Of a stretch of 64,000 nt of DNA, positions 25,368 to 33,391 are shown piece after piece. The stretch is from positions 27,829-91,828 of the forward strand of contig JAGWGX010000001.1 in NCBI GenBank assembly GCA_028867145.1, in the 5' to 3' direction. The position numbers and the translations under genes are program-made. The notes beneath the pieces were generated by a model, which saw nothing but the letters and a program-made list of their open reading frames with translations, did not search any database and was not told the origin of the DNA. Every line of letters starts with the position of its first letter. Position 1 is the stretch's first letter. The DNA comes from Candidatus Micrarchaeota archaeon (GTDB lineage Archaea; Micrarchaeota; Micrarchaeia; Micrarchaeales; CABMGC01).

Positions 25368-26582
25368 ATGGCGGAGGGGCAGCTAACCACGACGGGAATC
25401 GATGCGCTTGTCGAGTACCTAAATGCACATGGAGAGACTGAGGAGGGCAAGCTTGCAGCCGAGCTTCAGGTGAGCGAGAAGGTTATCGAGGACTGGTCGA
25501 GCGTCCTTGAGAAGGCAAACGTGGTGAAGATCTCATACAAGGTGGGGAAGATGTTCGTCTCCCCGCTTGACACGACAAAAGTGGACATCCTGACCTACAA
25601 GAGCTCGCTTGACGCAAAGAAGCAGTCCGTGGAGACCGAGCTTGTGGCGGAGATAAACGTGCTCCAGGAGATGGAGAGGCGAATCGCAAACATTTCAAAG
25701 ATAGTCTCTGGCGCGGACGACTCGTTCAAGAAGAACGCCGGCCAGCTAAAAAGGGACCTGGACGAGCTGGAGAGGATACAAAAGGAGAGCGAGAGGCACT
25801 ACAACGGGATAAAGCTCGAGAAGGACAGGATAGACAAGATCTCGGAGACGCTTGGCACCGAGATGAAGGCGCTTGAGGAGATTGCTGGGAGGATACAGAG
25901 CTTTTCGGCGGGGGAGGGGGACGTAAAGAGCGTGATTAGCGACGTAAGGGAGAAGATCAAGAAGTATGACAACTTGACGGCCGAGTTCAACAAGGGATAC
26001 GACCAGCTAGTAAGGCAAAAGCGCGAGGAGATAGTGAGGATCCAGGATGAGACAAAGAGGGAGATGAGGCAGCTCGAGGAGGCGCTTGAGAGGCAGCTAA
26101 AGCAGCTAGGGGAGAACGAGAGGCTTGCAAAGTACGCAAAGCACGAGAGCGCAAGGCTAAAGGACGAGGCTGAGAGGGACAGGACGATGATAGTAAACAA
26201 CCTCGACAAGGCAAAGCAGGGGGTGAACGCCGCGCTTCCGCTCGCGGAGAAGAAGATGGGCGATATTTCAAACAAGGTAATTGAGCTGAGGAAAAATTTC
26301 GGGGAGCTCAGCAACTTAAATGATAATCTAGGCGCGCTGCGCGAGCAGCTTGCAAAGGTGAGGGGCGAGCAGCAGGAGCTCTTCAAGCAGGCGCAGGGAA
26401 TTAGGGGCGAGATAAGGGAGCTTGAGTACGCGAGGAAGTCTGACATCGAGAAGACCAGCGAGGTGCAAAAGCTCAGCAAGAAGGTCTCTGAGCTAAAGGC
26501 AAAGGGAGTGGAGCTTGAGGGCAGCGTGAAGGAGGTAAAGGGGAATGTGGACGCCCTCGCAGGGGAGGGGCCGCAGGTGTGA
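25368..26582 (+). CDS. Long coiled-coil protein with N-terminal winged-helix-like domain
   Basis: The ATG at 25368 is preferred over the TTG at 25359. N-terminal TGIDALVEYLNAHGETEEGKLAAELQVSEKVIEDW, followed by about 330 aa of heptad-rich E/K/R/L sequence. Confidence 0.6.
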   Translation: MAEGQLTTTGIDALVEYLNAHGETEEGKLAAELQVSEKVIEDWSSVLEKANVVKISYKVGKMFVSPLDTTKVDILTYKSSLDAKKQSVETELVAEINVLQEMERRIANISKIVSGADDSFKKNAGQLKRDLDELERIQKESERHYNGIKLEKDRIDKISETLGTEMKALEEIAGRIQSFSAGEGDVKSVISDVREKIKKYDNLTAEFNKGYDQLVRQKREEIVRIQDETKREMRQLEEALERQLKQLGENERLAKYAKHESARLKDEAERDRTMIVNNLDKAKQGVNAALPLAEKKMGDISNKVIELRKNFGELSNLNDNLGALREQLAKVRGEQQELFKQAQGIRGEIRELEYARKSDIEKTSEVQKLSKKVSELKAKGVELEGSVKEVKGNVDALAGEGPQV

Positions 26583-26586
26583 GAGA

Positions 26587-28098
26587 ATGGTGCTTGGTCA
26601 AAACACTTACGAGGAATACCAGCTTGATGCGCACGGGCTCAAGGTCAACATAAAGATTTCCGAGAGCCAAAACGAGTTCGTCCCGTCATATGAGGTGACG
26701 GTGCCGGGGCTTGGCGAGGCAACAAAAATACTTCTTGGGTCCCTAAGGCAGGAGCTCCTCTCGCTTGTCCCGATAGACCCTACGAGGATCGAGGACAAGG
26801 AGTACCTAGACGAGCTAAACGAGAAGTACGTCTCCGCATCGAACCTTGTGATAGACAAGTACCTTCCGAGCACCACGCCAGAGGTGAAGAGGATACTCAT
26901 CGCATACATAATCAACATCATGCTTGGCCTTGGCGACCTTGAGATGCCGCTCTCGGACGACAATCTGGAGGAGATTGTGGTGAACAACTCAAAGGAGCCG
27001 ATCTGGGTCTTCCACAAGAAGTTTGGATGGTGCAAGACGAATGTCAAGATACAGGAGGAGAACCTAATTTACGATGACGCGGAGCAGATCGGGAGGAGGA
27101 TCGGCAGGCAGATCTCAAATCTCTCCCCGCTCATGGACGCGGAGCTACCTGACGGGTCGAGGGTGAATGCGACCCTCTATCCGATCTCCCAAAGGGGGAA
27201 CACGATCACGATAAGAAAGTTCGCAAAGAACCCATGGACCATGCCCGCGATGATAGCAAACAAGACGATCTCAAGCGACATCGCCGCAATACTTTGGATG
27301 TGCGTGGAGAACGAGATCAGCATACTCATCTCGGGAGGAACCGCAAGCGGAAAGACGAGCTTCCTGAACGCGCTCTCGGTCTTCATCCCGGAAAACCACA
27401 GGGTGATCTCTGTCGAGGAGACGCGCGAGCTAACGCTTCCAAGCTTCCTTCACTGGGTTCCGATGGTCACAAGGCAGCCAAACCCAGAGGGTAAGGGAGA
27501 GGTCTCGCTCTACAACTTGATGATAAATGCGCTCAGGCAAAGGCCGGACATCATGCTCATCGGAGAAATCAGGACGGAGAAGGACGCCGAGACGCTCTTC
27601 GAGGCGATCCACACTGGGCACGCGGTGTACGGAACAGTGCACGCGGACAGCGCGCAGGACACGATAATTCGTATGACAAACCCGCCAATCAACATACCAA
27701 AGCTTCTGCTAAACGCAATAGGCTGCGTCGTCACCTTGTTTAGGCATAGGAGGCTTGGGATGAGAAGGGTGCTGGAGTTCGGGGAGATACTAAAGTCAGG
27801 GGACGCGAACGTGATATATCGGTGGAACCTGAGGAGCGACTCGTTCATACAGATCGCGGACCTCTCAAGGCTTGCGGAGATAATGATGCTCTATGGGGGA
27901 TACAACAAGAATGAGATCAACCAGGAGATAAAGGAGAAGGGCGCTGTGCTCGACTGGATGATCGCAAACAGCCTCTTTGACGTCGACAACGTTGGATGGA
28001 TCGTCGCAAACTACTACAAGGACAAGGAGAGCGTGATGCAGGTGGTGAGAAGCAATGCGCCGTACGCGCCTGATCTCTTCAGGAAAAAGGGTGCATGA
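26587..28098 (+). CDS. Type II/IV secretion family ATPase (FlaI/PilB/TadA-like) of a type IV filament system
   Basis: Walker A ISGGTASGKTSFLNAL, Asp box VISVEETREL, Walker B RQRPDIMLIGEIR, His box TGHAVYGTVHA. ATG 26587 lies 4 nt after the upstream stop. Confidence 0.88.
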   Translation: MVLGQNTYEEYQLDAHGLKVNIKISESQNEFVPSYEVTVPGLGEATKILLGSLRQELLSLVPIDPTRIEDKEYLDELNEKYVSASNLVIDKYLPSTTPEVKRILIAYIINIMLGLGDLEMPLSDDNLEEIVVNNSKEPIWVFHKKFGWCKTNVKIQEENLIYDDAEQIGRRIGRQISNLSPLMDAELPDGSRVNATLYPISQRGNTITIRKFAKNPWTMPAMIANKTISSDIAAILWMCVENEISILISGGTASGKTSFLNALSVFIPENHRVISVEETRELTLPSFLHWVPMVTRQPNPEGKGEVSLYNLMINALRQRPDIMLIGEIRTEKDAETLFEAIHTGHAVYGTVHADSAQDTIIRMTNPPINIPKLLLNAIGCVVTLFRHRRLGMRRVLEFGEILKSGDANVIYRWNLRSDSFIQIADLSRLAEIMMLYGGYNKNEINQEIKEKGAVLDWMIANSLFDVDNVGWIVANYYKDKESVMQVVRSNAPYAPDLFRKKGA

Positions 28099-28767
28099 GT
28101 GGAGGGCCAAAACGAGTATGCGAATGTCTCTGAGCTGCTTGAAAAAATAGAAGGGGAAAGGGGGGCAGGGGCGAACGTGCTAATAGACCCGAGCGCGGCT
28201 CTTGCAAACGAGGTCACAATAGAAAGTTACGACTACGACAAGGCGTGCTCCATAATAGGGGGGATAGAGACGGTCGTAATAGAGCAGCAGGCGGCGTCGC
28301 AAAGGCCGCAGATACAGATCCCAAGCGTTAGCGTGAATACGCAGGCAGTCACGCAAACCGCAAGCCAGATAAGGCAGAAGATTGGAGACGCCCAGATACA
28401 AAAGAGGATACTTACCGTGAACAAGGAGATGCTCGATGCCGCGCGCGAGATAGGAGGGATAGTTGGCGGCGCGGGAATGGAGATAGAAAAAAGCATACAG
28501 GAGAGCATCAAAAACGCCAAGGCGAAGAAGCTCATACTGCCAAACCTATCCCTCCAGGACCAAATCGACGAACTTGAGGGCATAAACGAGGGGCTTGACC
28601 AAGGCGCATTTGACGCGCAGCAGCTAAGGATAGTCTCGCAGGAAATAGCGGGGACAAAGGAGGTCGCAAAGGGCCAGAGATTTGATGAATCGCAGGCGGA
28701 GATGGGCCAGCTAAGGGACAAACTACTCCTCGAGATCGGGAATAAGCTTTTAAGCACAAATAATTAA
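28099..28767 (+). CDS. Hypothetical soluble protein in pilus-assembly operon
   Basis: GTG start immediately after the ATPase stop. Q/E/I-rich with no recognised motif. Confidence 0.45.
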   Translation: MEGQNEYANVSELLEKIEGERGAGANVLIDPSAALANEVTIESYDYDKACSIIGGIETVVIEQQAASQRPQIQIPSVSVNTQAVTQTASQIRQKIGDAQIQKRILTVNKEMLDAAREIGGIVGGAGMEIEKSIQESIKNAKAKKLILPNLSLQDQIDELEGINEGLDQGAFDAQQLRIVSQEIAGTKEVAKGQRFDESQAEMGQLRDKLLLEIGNKLLSTNN

Positions 28768-28785
28768 TGAGTAGTGTGAGTTTGG

Positions 28786-29820
28786 ATGGCGGGTGACCAG
28801 CAGGCTAGCAATAATCCTCCCGAGCAGAGCAAGCAGCCGGTCTCCTTCACAAAGCCCAGGAAGTTCCTCTGGTTCAAGCTCAAGTCAAAGCCCGTCTTCA
28901 CCTCCCCGCAAAGCTTCAGCAAGGAGGTGCAAAACATCCAGTCAAAACAAGCAGCTCCGAGCGCGCCAGCAAAGGCGGGACCGCAGGAGAAAAAGTACTC
29001 CGATTTCCAGATTTTCATAGCAAAGACCGCAGCGTCAAGAAAGGACCTTGAGCTCTCGCTAAGGGAGCAAGGGATAAAGTCCACGCCATACGATTTTGTT
29101 AAGAGGATGTTCAAGTACGCTGCCGCAACCGCGATAATCGTGGGGCTTGTCGTCACAATTGCGATGCTTGAGGTGGGGCTCTCGCCGATCTTTGGGCCGC
29201 TGCTTGGGCTTGCGGTCTTCTATGCGCTCTTCAACAAGTTCATAAACTACCCGATTGACAGGAGCAAGAACGTGGGCACGGAGGTGGAAAGGGACATACT
29301 CTTTGCGATGAGGGATATAGTTATCGGGATGCGATCTGGAATGCCGCTATTCAACGCGATGACCGCGGTGAGCACCGGATACGGCGCCGCGAGCAGGGAG
29401 TTTGCGAAGGTGGTCGAGCTAATCCAGCTTGGAACCCCGATCGAGCAGGCAATAGACCAGGTGAGCTCAAAGAGCACCTCAAAGACGTTCAAGAGGATGA
29501 TGCTGCAGGCGAGCGTCAGCATAAGGAGCGGCGCGGACATTGTCGCAGCGCTGCAGGGAGTGCTAGACGAGGTGAGCCAGGAGAGGGTGATTGAGCTCAG
29601 AAGGTACGGTCAGAGGCTAAATGCTCTTGCTATGTTCTACATGCTCTTCGGGGTGATCTTCCCGAGCATGGGAATCGCGGTTGCGGCAATACTCACCACC
29701 TTCATAAACATATTCACAGTCGATCAGACAACGCTGATTGCGGCGCTGATCGGGATCTTTGCGCTGCAGATCATCTTCCTCAATGTGATGAGGACATCAA
29801 GGCCGGTATTTGCGATGTGA
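28786..29820 (+). CDS. T2SSF-domain platform protein (TadB-like half) with disordered K/S/P/Q-rich N-terminus
   Basis: A single T2SSF-like helical bundle (ILFAMRDIVIGMRSGMPLFNAM...GTPIEQAIDQV...IRSGADIVAAL) flanked by TM helices. Confidence 0.7.
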   Translation: MAGDQQASNNPPEQSKQPVSFTKPRKFLWFKLKSKPVFTSPQSFSKEVQNIQSKQAAPSAPAKAGPQEKKYSDFQIFIAKTAASRKDLELSLREQGIKSTPYDFVKRMFKYAAATAIIVGLVVTIAMLEVGLSPIFGPLLGLAVFYALFNKFINYPIDRSKNVGTEVERDILFAMRDIVIGMRSGMPLFNAMTAVSTGYGAASREFAKVVELIQLGTPIEQAIDQVSSKSTSKTFKRMMLQASVSIRSGADIVAALQGVLDEVSQERVIELRRYGQRLNALAMFYMLFGVIFPSMGIAVAAILTTFINIFTVDQTTLIAALIGIFALQIIFLNVMRTSRPVFAM

Positions 29821-29824
29821 TTAA

Positions 29825-30814
29825 ATGGTATCATTCGAGAGGCTAGTATCAAGAAACGTCGCGGTGTTCATCTCGCAGGAGCTAGACCTCGCCGGAATCA
29901 AGACGACTGTCGAGACGTTCATGCAGTTTGCGGCTGTTGGCGGCGTGGGATTCCTTGCTCTCACCGCTTTCTCGCTTGTCCTCATCTACGGGTTTAGCGA
30001 GGGAATCGCGACACTTCTCGGTCTTGGGGTTGCGGTGCTCTACGAGCTCTCAATATACTTTTACCTTGAGTTCATGATAGAGAGGAGGAAGAACTTCATA
30101 GAGGGAATTCTCCCTGATTACCTTCAGATAACAGCTGCAAACGTGAGGAGCGGGATCGCACTAGACAAGGCGATGATCTTTGCCGCAAGGCCTGAGTTCC
30201 TCTACTTTAGCGACGACATAAAGCTGATCACAAAGAACCTATACGCAGGGGAGACGCTGCAAAACTCGCTGCTCCAGCTTGCCAAAAGGTACAGGTCGCT
30301 TCAGCTAAAGCACACAATAAGGATGATCATCGAGGCGCTCCAGTACGGAGGCGGAATGACAGACCTGTTAAACCAGGTTGCGCATGACCTAAGGAACCAG
30401 CAGATCGTCCAAAAGGAGATCTCAGGGCAACTTTTCATGTACACGATCTTCATCGCATTCGCCGCGCTTGTCGGGGCTCCCGTTCTCTACGCGCTGACAA
30501 CGCAGATGATTACAGTCACAAACAGCGTTTGGACAGGGATACTAAAGCAAAATCCAGGCGGACTTCCAACTGCAGGAATCTCGTTCCTCAGGCCAAGCCC
30601 GCCTCAGATAACAATAGCGGCTTACCACAACTTTGCGCTCCTTGCGATAATCATGATCTCGGGGTTCGGAGCCTTCATAGTATCCGCAATCTCAACGGGA
30701 TCGGTGCTCAGGGGAATTAGGTACCTGCCCATTTTCCTGATTGTCGGGCTCTCGGTCTACTTCATAGTGGGAACTGCAATAGGAGGGATCTTCACCTCAA
30801 TTAGCGGCGTATAA
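29825..30814 (+). CDS. T2SSF-domain platform protein (TadC-like half)
   Basis: A single T2SSF-like domain (LPDYLQITAANVRSGIALDKAM...GETLQNSLLQL...LQYGGGMTDLL) with N- and C-terminal TM helices. Confidence 0.7.
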   Translation: MVSFERLVSRNVAVFISQELDLAGIKTTVETFMQFAAVGGVGFLALTAFSLVLIYGFSEGIATLLGLGVAVLYELSIYFYLEFMIERRKNFIEGILPDYLQITAANVRSGIALDKAMIFAARPEFLYFSDDIKLITKNLYAGETLQNSLLQLAKRYRSLQLKHTIRMIIEALQYGGGMTDLLNQVAHDLRNQQIVQKEISGQLFMYTIFIAFAALVGAPVLYALTTQMITVTNSVWTGILKQNPGGLPTAGISFLRPSPPQITIAAYHNFALLAIIMISGFGAFIVSAISTGSVLRGIRYLPIFLIVGLSVYFIVGTAIGGIFTSISGV

Positions 30815-30821
30815 ATAATGT

Positions 30822-32327
30822 TCAATTATATCCTAGGTACCATGCCACCCCAGTATTGTCTGAACTGTAAGCAGGACATACAGGTGAAACGGTATCAGAA
30901 TTGCAATAACGTTGACCAGAATTAGGTGGGATTGCAGTATTGCCCCCACATATTGTAAGCTGCTGAGCTCCAGAACCGGGTATGTTGCTTGCGTCAAGGA
31001 CTACAGAATCACCAGCAACTATTGTATGTTGTGTGGTGAAGATATATTTTACGGGTGTTACACCTGAGCAGGGGCCTGTTCCCGCGCCGCCTGTATTCCA
31101 TGCTGATGCTGGAGCCGACGCTACGACATTATTGTTACTGTCCCTTATTTGTATTTGATATGTACCTGAAAGAGACCCTCCTCCCGTATACGCACTTGTT
31201 GTGAGGGTAACATCAGTCAAAGTCTGCCCAATCATGCTTGAACCTGCCAAAAAACGTTCCTCAAGTATCATTGACCCTTGATTTGAGTTTCGTATGTTGG
31301 ACGCCACCACTGTACTTTGAACCGAATAAAAAATTGCCGTAGTGGTTGTGGAAGTTGAACTTGTAGAGGTCGTAGAAGAAGTTGTACTTGTGCTTGTCGT
31401 TGATGTTGTTGAAGTGGAAGTAGTTGATGTTGAGGTACTTGAGGTTGTAGATGTCGAAGTTGTTGAAGTGGAGGAAGTTGATGTTGAGGAGGTGGAGCTC
31501 GTGGAAGTGGAGCTTGTTGAAGTCGTTGTTGCGGTGGTGGTTGAGGTCGAGGAGGTTGTTGTGACGAAATTTGCACTGAGCGTGCCCGTTGAACTTGTGG
31601 TTGCTGTTGAGCTCTGGGCTGATGATAATCCCACACTAACTCCTCCGCTGACCACCCAGTTGCCAAATGCGTATCCGTTTGGCGGGGCTCCATAGATTGT
31701 GTACTGGTAGTTTGCGAGGAAGATGTAGAGGTTGTTGTTTGGATAGCCAACCCCGTTGATGAAGATCTGGCCTGTTGTCGGATTTGTGAGAAGGGTGACG
31801 TTGTTGACCGGATTCTTCACGTTGGGAGAGACCTGAAGCGTTGCGTATCCGGTCGTGTTTATTGTGTTTGTGCTGACCACAGGATATGCACAGTTTGGAG
31901 AGCAGAGCTCGTAGTTTATGTTGAACTTTGGGTTTATCTGCGAGCCCACCTGTGAAATTTTCTTCCCTATTATGGCGGTGCATGTGACTGTTGAGCCTTT
32001 CATTGCATTATAAGGGAGGCAGTACCCTGAATAGTTGCCCCCCCCTGCAAATGAAGGTATCACGGTCAGCGCATTGCTTGGAAATGCGATTGTCTGCCCC
32101 ACATTGTTCAAGAACAGGACTACGAACTTGGAGGAAATCGCATTTGTGCTAAACAGCGAGGAGATGCAGCTGAATTCAGGTGAGATGTAGCATGAGGCGG
32201 TGTTGAAGCTTGCGGGGCTGGTCGTGGTGACGATCGCAAGAAGAAATGCAAGGAAAATCGAAATTGCCATAAATGCCCAAGAGTACGTGAGAAGAAATTC
32301 GATAGATGATTGAAGCTGGATAGACAT
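30822..32327 (-). CDS. Pilin-like protein with class III signal peptide, Ig/InlB-B-repeat-like module and 75-aa Ser/Thr tract
   Basis: N-terminal MSIQLQSSIEFLLTYSWAFMAISIFLAFLL (the Q-S-x-x-E-[FY]-L-x-T-Y-[GS]-W-A type). NGYAFGNWVVSGG block. Long S/T tract. Confidence 0.75.
   Translation of the reverse strand: MSIQLQSSIEFLLTYSWAFMAISIFLAFLLAIVTTTSPASFNTASCYISPEFSCISSLFSTNAISSKFVVLFLNNVGQTIAFPSNALTVIPSFAGGGNYSGYCLPYNAMKGSTVTCTAIIGKKISQVGSQINPKFNINYELCSPNCAYPVVSTNTINTTGYATLQVSPNVKNPVNNVTLLTNPTTGQIFINGVGYPNNNLYIFLANYQYTIYGAPPNGYAFGNWVVSGGVSVGLSSAQSSTATTSSTGTLSANFVTTTSSTSTTTATTTSTSSTSTSSTSSTSTSSTSTTSTSTTSSTSTSTTSTSTTSTTSTSTTSSTTSTSSTSTTTTAIFYSVQSTVVASNIRNSNQGSMILEERFLAGSSMIGQTLTDVTLTTSAYTGGGSLSGTYQIQIRDSNNNVVASAPASAWNTGGAGTGPCSGVTPVKYIFTTQHTIVAGDSVVLDASNIPGSGAQQLTICGGNTAIPPNSGQRYCNSDTVSPVCPAYSSDNTGVAWYLGYN
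31338..31562 (-). repeat. Low-complexity Ser/Thr-coding tract (aa 256-330 of the pilin-like protein)
   Basis: TTTSSTSTTTATTTSTSSTSTSSTSS...STTTT. The DNA is a degenerate ACN/TCN/AGY codon repeat. A related tract lies at 39650..39775. Confidence 0.85.
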
Positions 32328-32415
32328 TTAACCCTTAAGGGGAGTTAAGGTAGAAAAGTATAAAACGATATTGTGATGGAACGCAATCGGAGGAAAGGAA
32401 TTAGGGGAATAGGTA

Positions 32416-32832
32416 TTATTTTAAAATTTTAAGAACGGAAGCCTTGAAGTTCTCAAGATCCTTAAGGTCAGACGCCATTTTGAATACTTCAAAATCATCT
32501 ATATCGGAATAGGCATGGACCAATGCATTCCTGAGCCTTCTCCTCGCGCGAACATTTTCAACAGTCTTGCTTCCAAGGGTGGGCTCAATCGCAGAAATTA
32601 CTGACTCCTCACTACCGACCGGCCTGAGCTCAAGCCCTTTGTGGAGCAGCACAATCACATCAAGCTCAAGCTCGCTGAGCACCTGCAAATACCTCTCCAC
32701 GGCCGCCTTTGTGTACGACTCCGATTTTTTATATTCCGATATGCTTTTTGGGGTTATTTTCTTGAGATTTGAGACATAGTGATCAAACATGGAAATCCTT
32801 GAGATTATGCGCGGCCTGTCCAAGATGTTCAC
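32416..32832 (-). CDS. HEPN-domain (DUF86/HepT-like) toxin
   Basis: Rx4H motif RNALVH within RRRLRNALVHAY. GTGA start/stop overlap with the upstream nucleotidyltransferase gene. Confidence 0.75.
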   Translation of the reverse strand: MNILDRPRIISRISMFDHYVSNLKKITPKSISEYKKSESYTKAAVERYLQVLSELELDVIVLLHKGLELRPVGSEESVISAIEPTLGSKTVENVRARRRLRNALVHAYSDIDDFEVFKMASDLKDLENFKASVLKILK

Positions 32833-33326
32833 CTAGGACTGCTTCCCATCAGCCACCTAAAATCACTCCACGACCTTGCGGCTTTCATTGAGAGATCGTG
32901 CAATAGCGCATTGTCTTTTGAATATATCACAGTGCCTTCCTCGAAAATCCTGCTTTGCAGCTCGTCAGGGAGCCCATTTAGGATCGAAAGGTCAAATAGC
33001 CTGCTAACCCTTTTTGAATAAGGCTCGAGTGCAGCAGAACCAGATTTTTGCCTCAGGAGTATTGCAACATCAATGTCCCTGTAGTTGGGCTCCTTTCTTG
33101 CATAGCTGCCAAACAAGATCACGGCAACCGCATTTTTGTCCTGCTTCGCAATGGATATGATTGCCTCAAGGGTGCTTTTTATCAGATCCTCACGCGCAAG
33201 CCACTGTGTTATCGCCTCTGATGCGGCGTTGCTGATGGACCCCTTTCCAAAGCCAAAGCGCTTCATTGCGGCTTCCCTAAGATTTGCATCGAGCGCGCTG
33301 GAGAGGTAGATCTTAGTTTCAGCCAT
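32829..33326 (-). CDS. Minimal nucleotidyltransferase (MNT-type antitoxin) with N-terminal RHH-like segment
   Basis: LFGSYARKEPNYRDIDVAIL (GS...DxD). N-terminal KIYLSSALDANLREAAMKRFGFGKGSISNAASEAITQWL is CopG/RHH-like. The start is set at ATG 33326, because the longer track ORF would overlap the neighbouring gene. Confidence 0.75.
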   Translation of the reverse strand: MAETKIYLSSALDANLREAAMKRFGFGKGSISNAASEAITQWLAREDLIKSTLEAIISIAKQDKNAVAVILFGSYARKEPNYRDIDVAILLRQKSGSAALEPYSKRVSRLFDLSILNGLPDELQSRIFEEGTVIYSKDNALLHDLSMKAARSWSDFRWLMGSSPR

Positions 33327-33391
33327 ATTAGGGATTAAGGGATTAAGATATTTATACCTTTTGATAAAAGACAAAACAGAGCGAGCATACA

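Noticed and set aside
25799-26479. A 226-aa antisense ORF and several proline/arginine-rich ORFs inside the coiled-coil gene.
   Set aside because: They are mirror images of a repetitive E/K/L-coding sequence, dominated by S, L, F and C, with no independent start context.
26545-26586. The track start (26545) of the pilus ATPase, giving MWTPSQGRGRRCER...
   Set aside because: It overlaps the end of the coiled-coil gene. ATG 26587 lies 4 nt after that gene's stop and gives a sensible N-terminus.
31342-31695. A plus-strand ORF encoding VVEVELVEVVEEVV... opposite the Ser/Thr tract. A similar ORF lies at 39648..39839.
   Set aside because: This is the pure reverse-complement reading of the ACN/TCN repeat. 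The minus-strand gene has a class III signal peptide and continuous domain structure.
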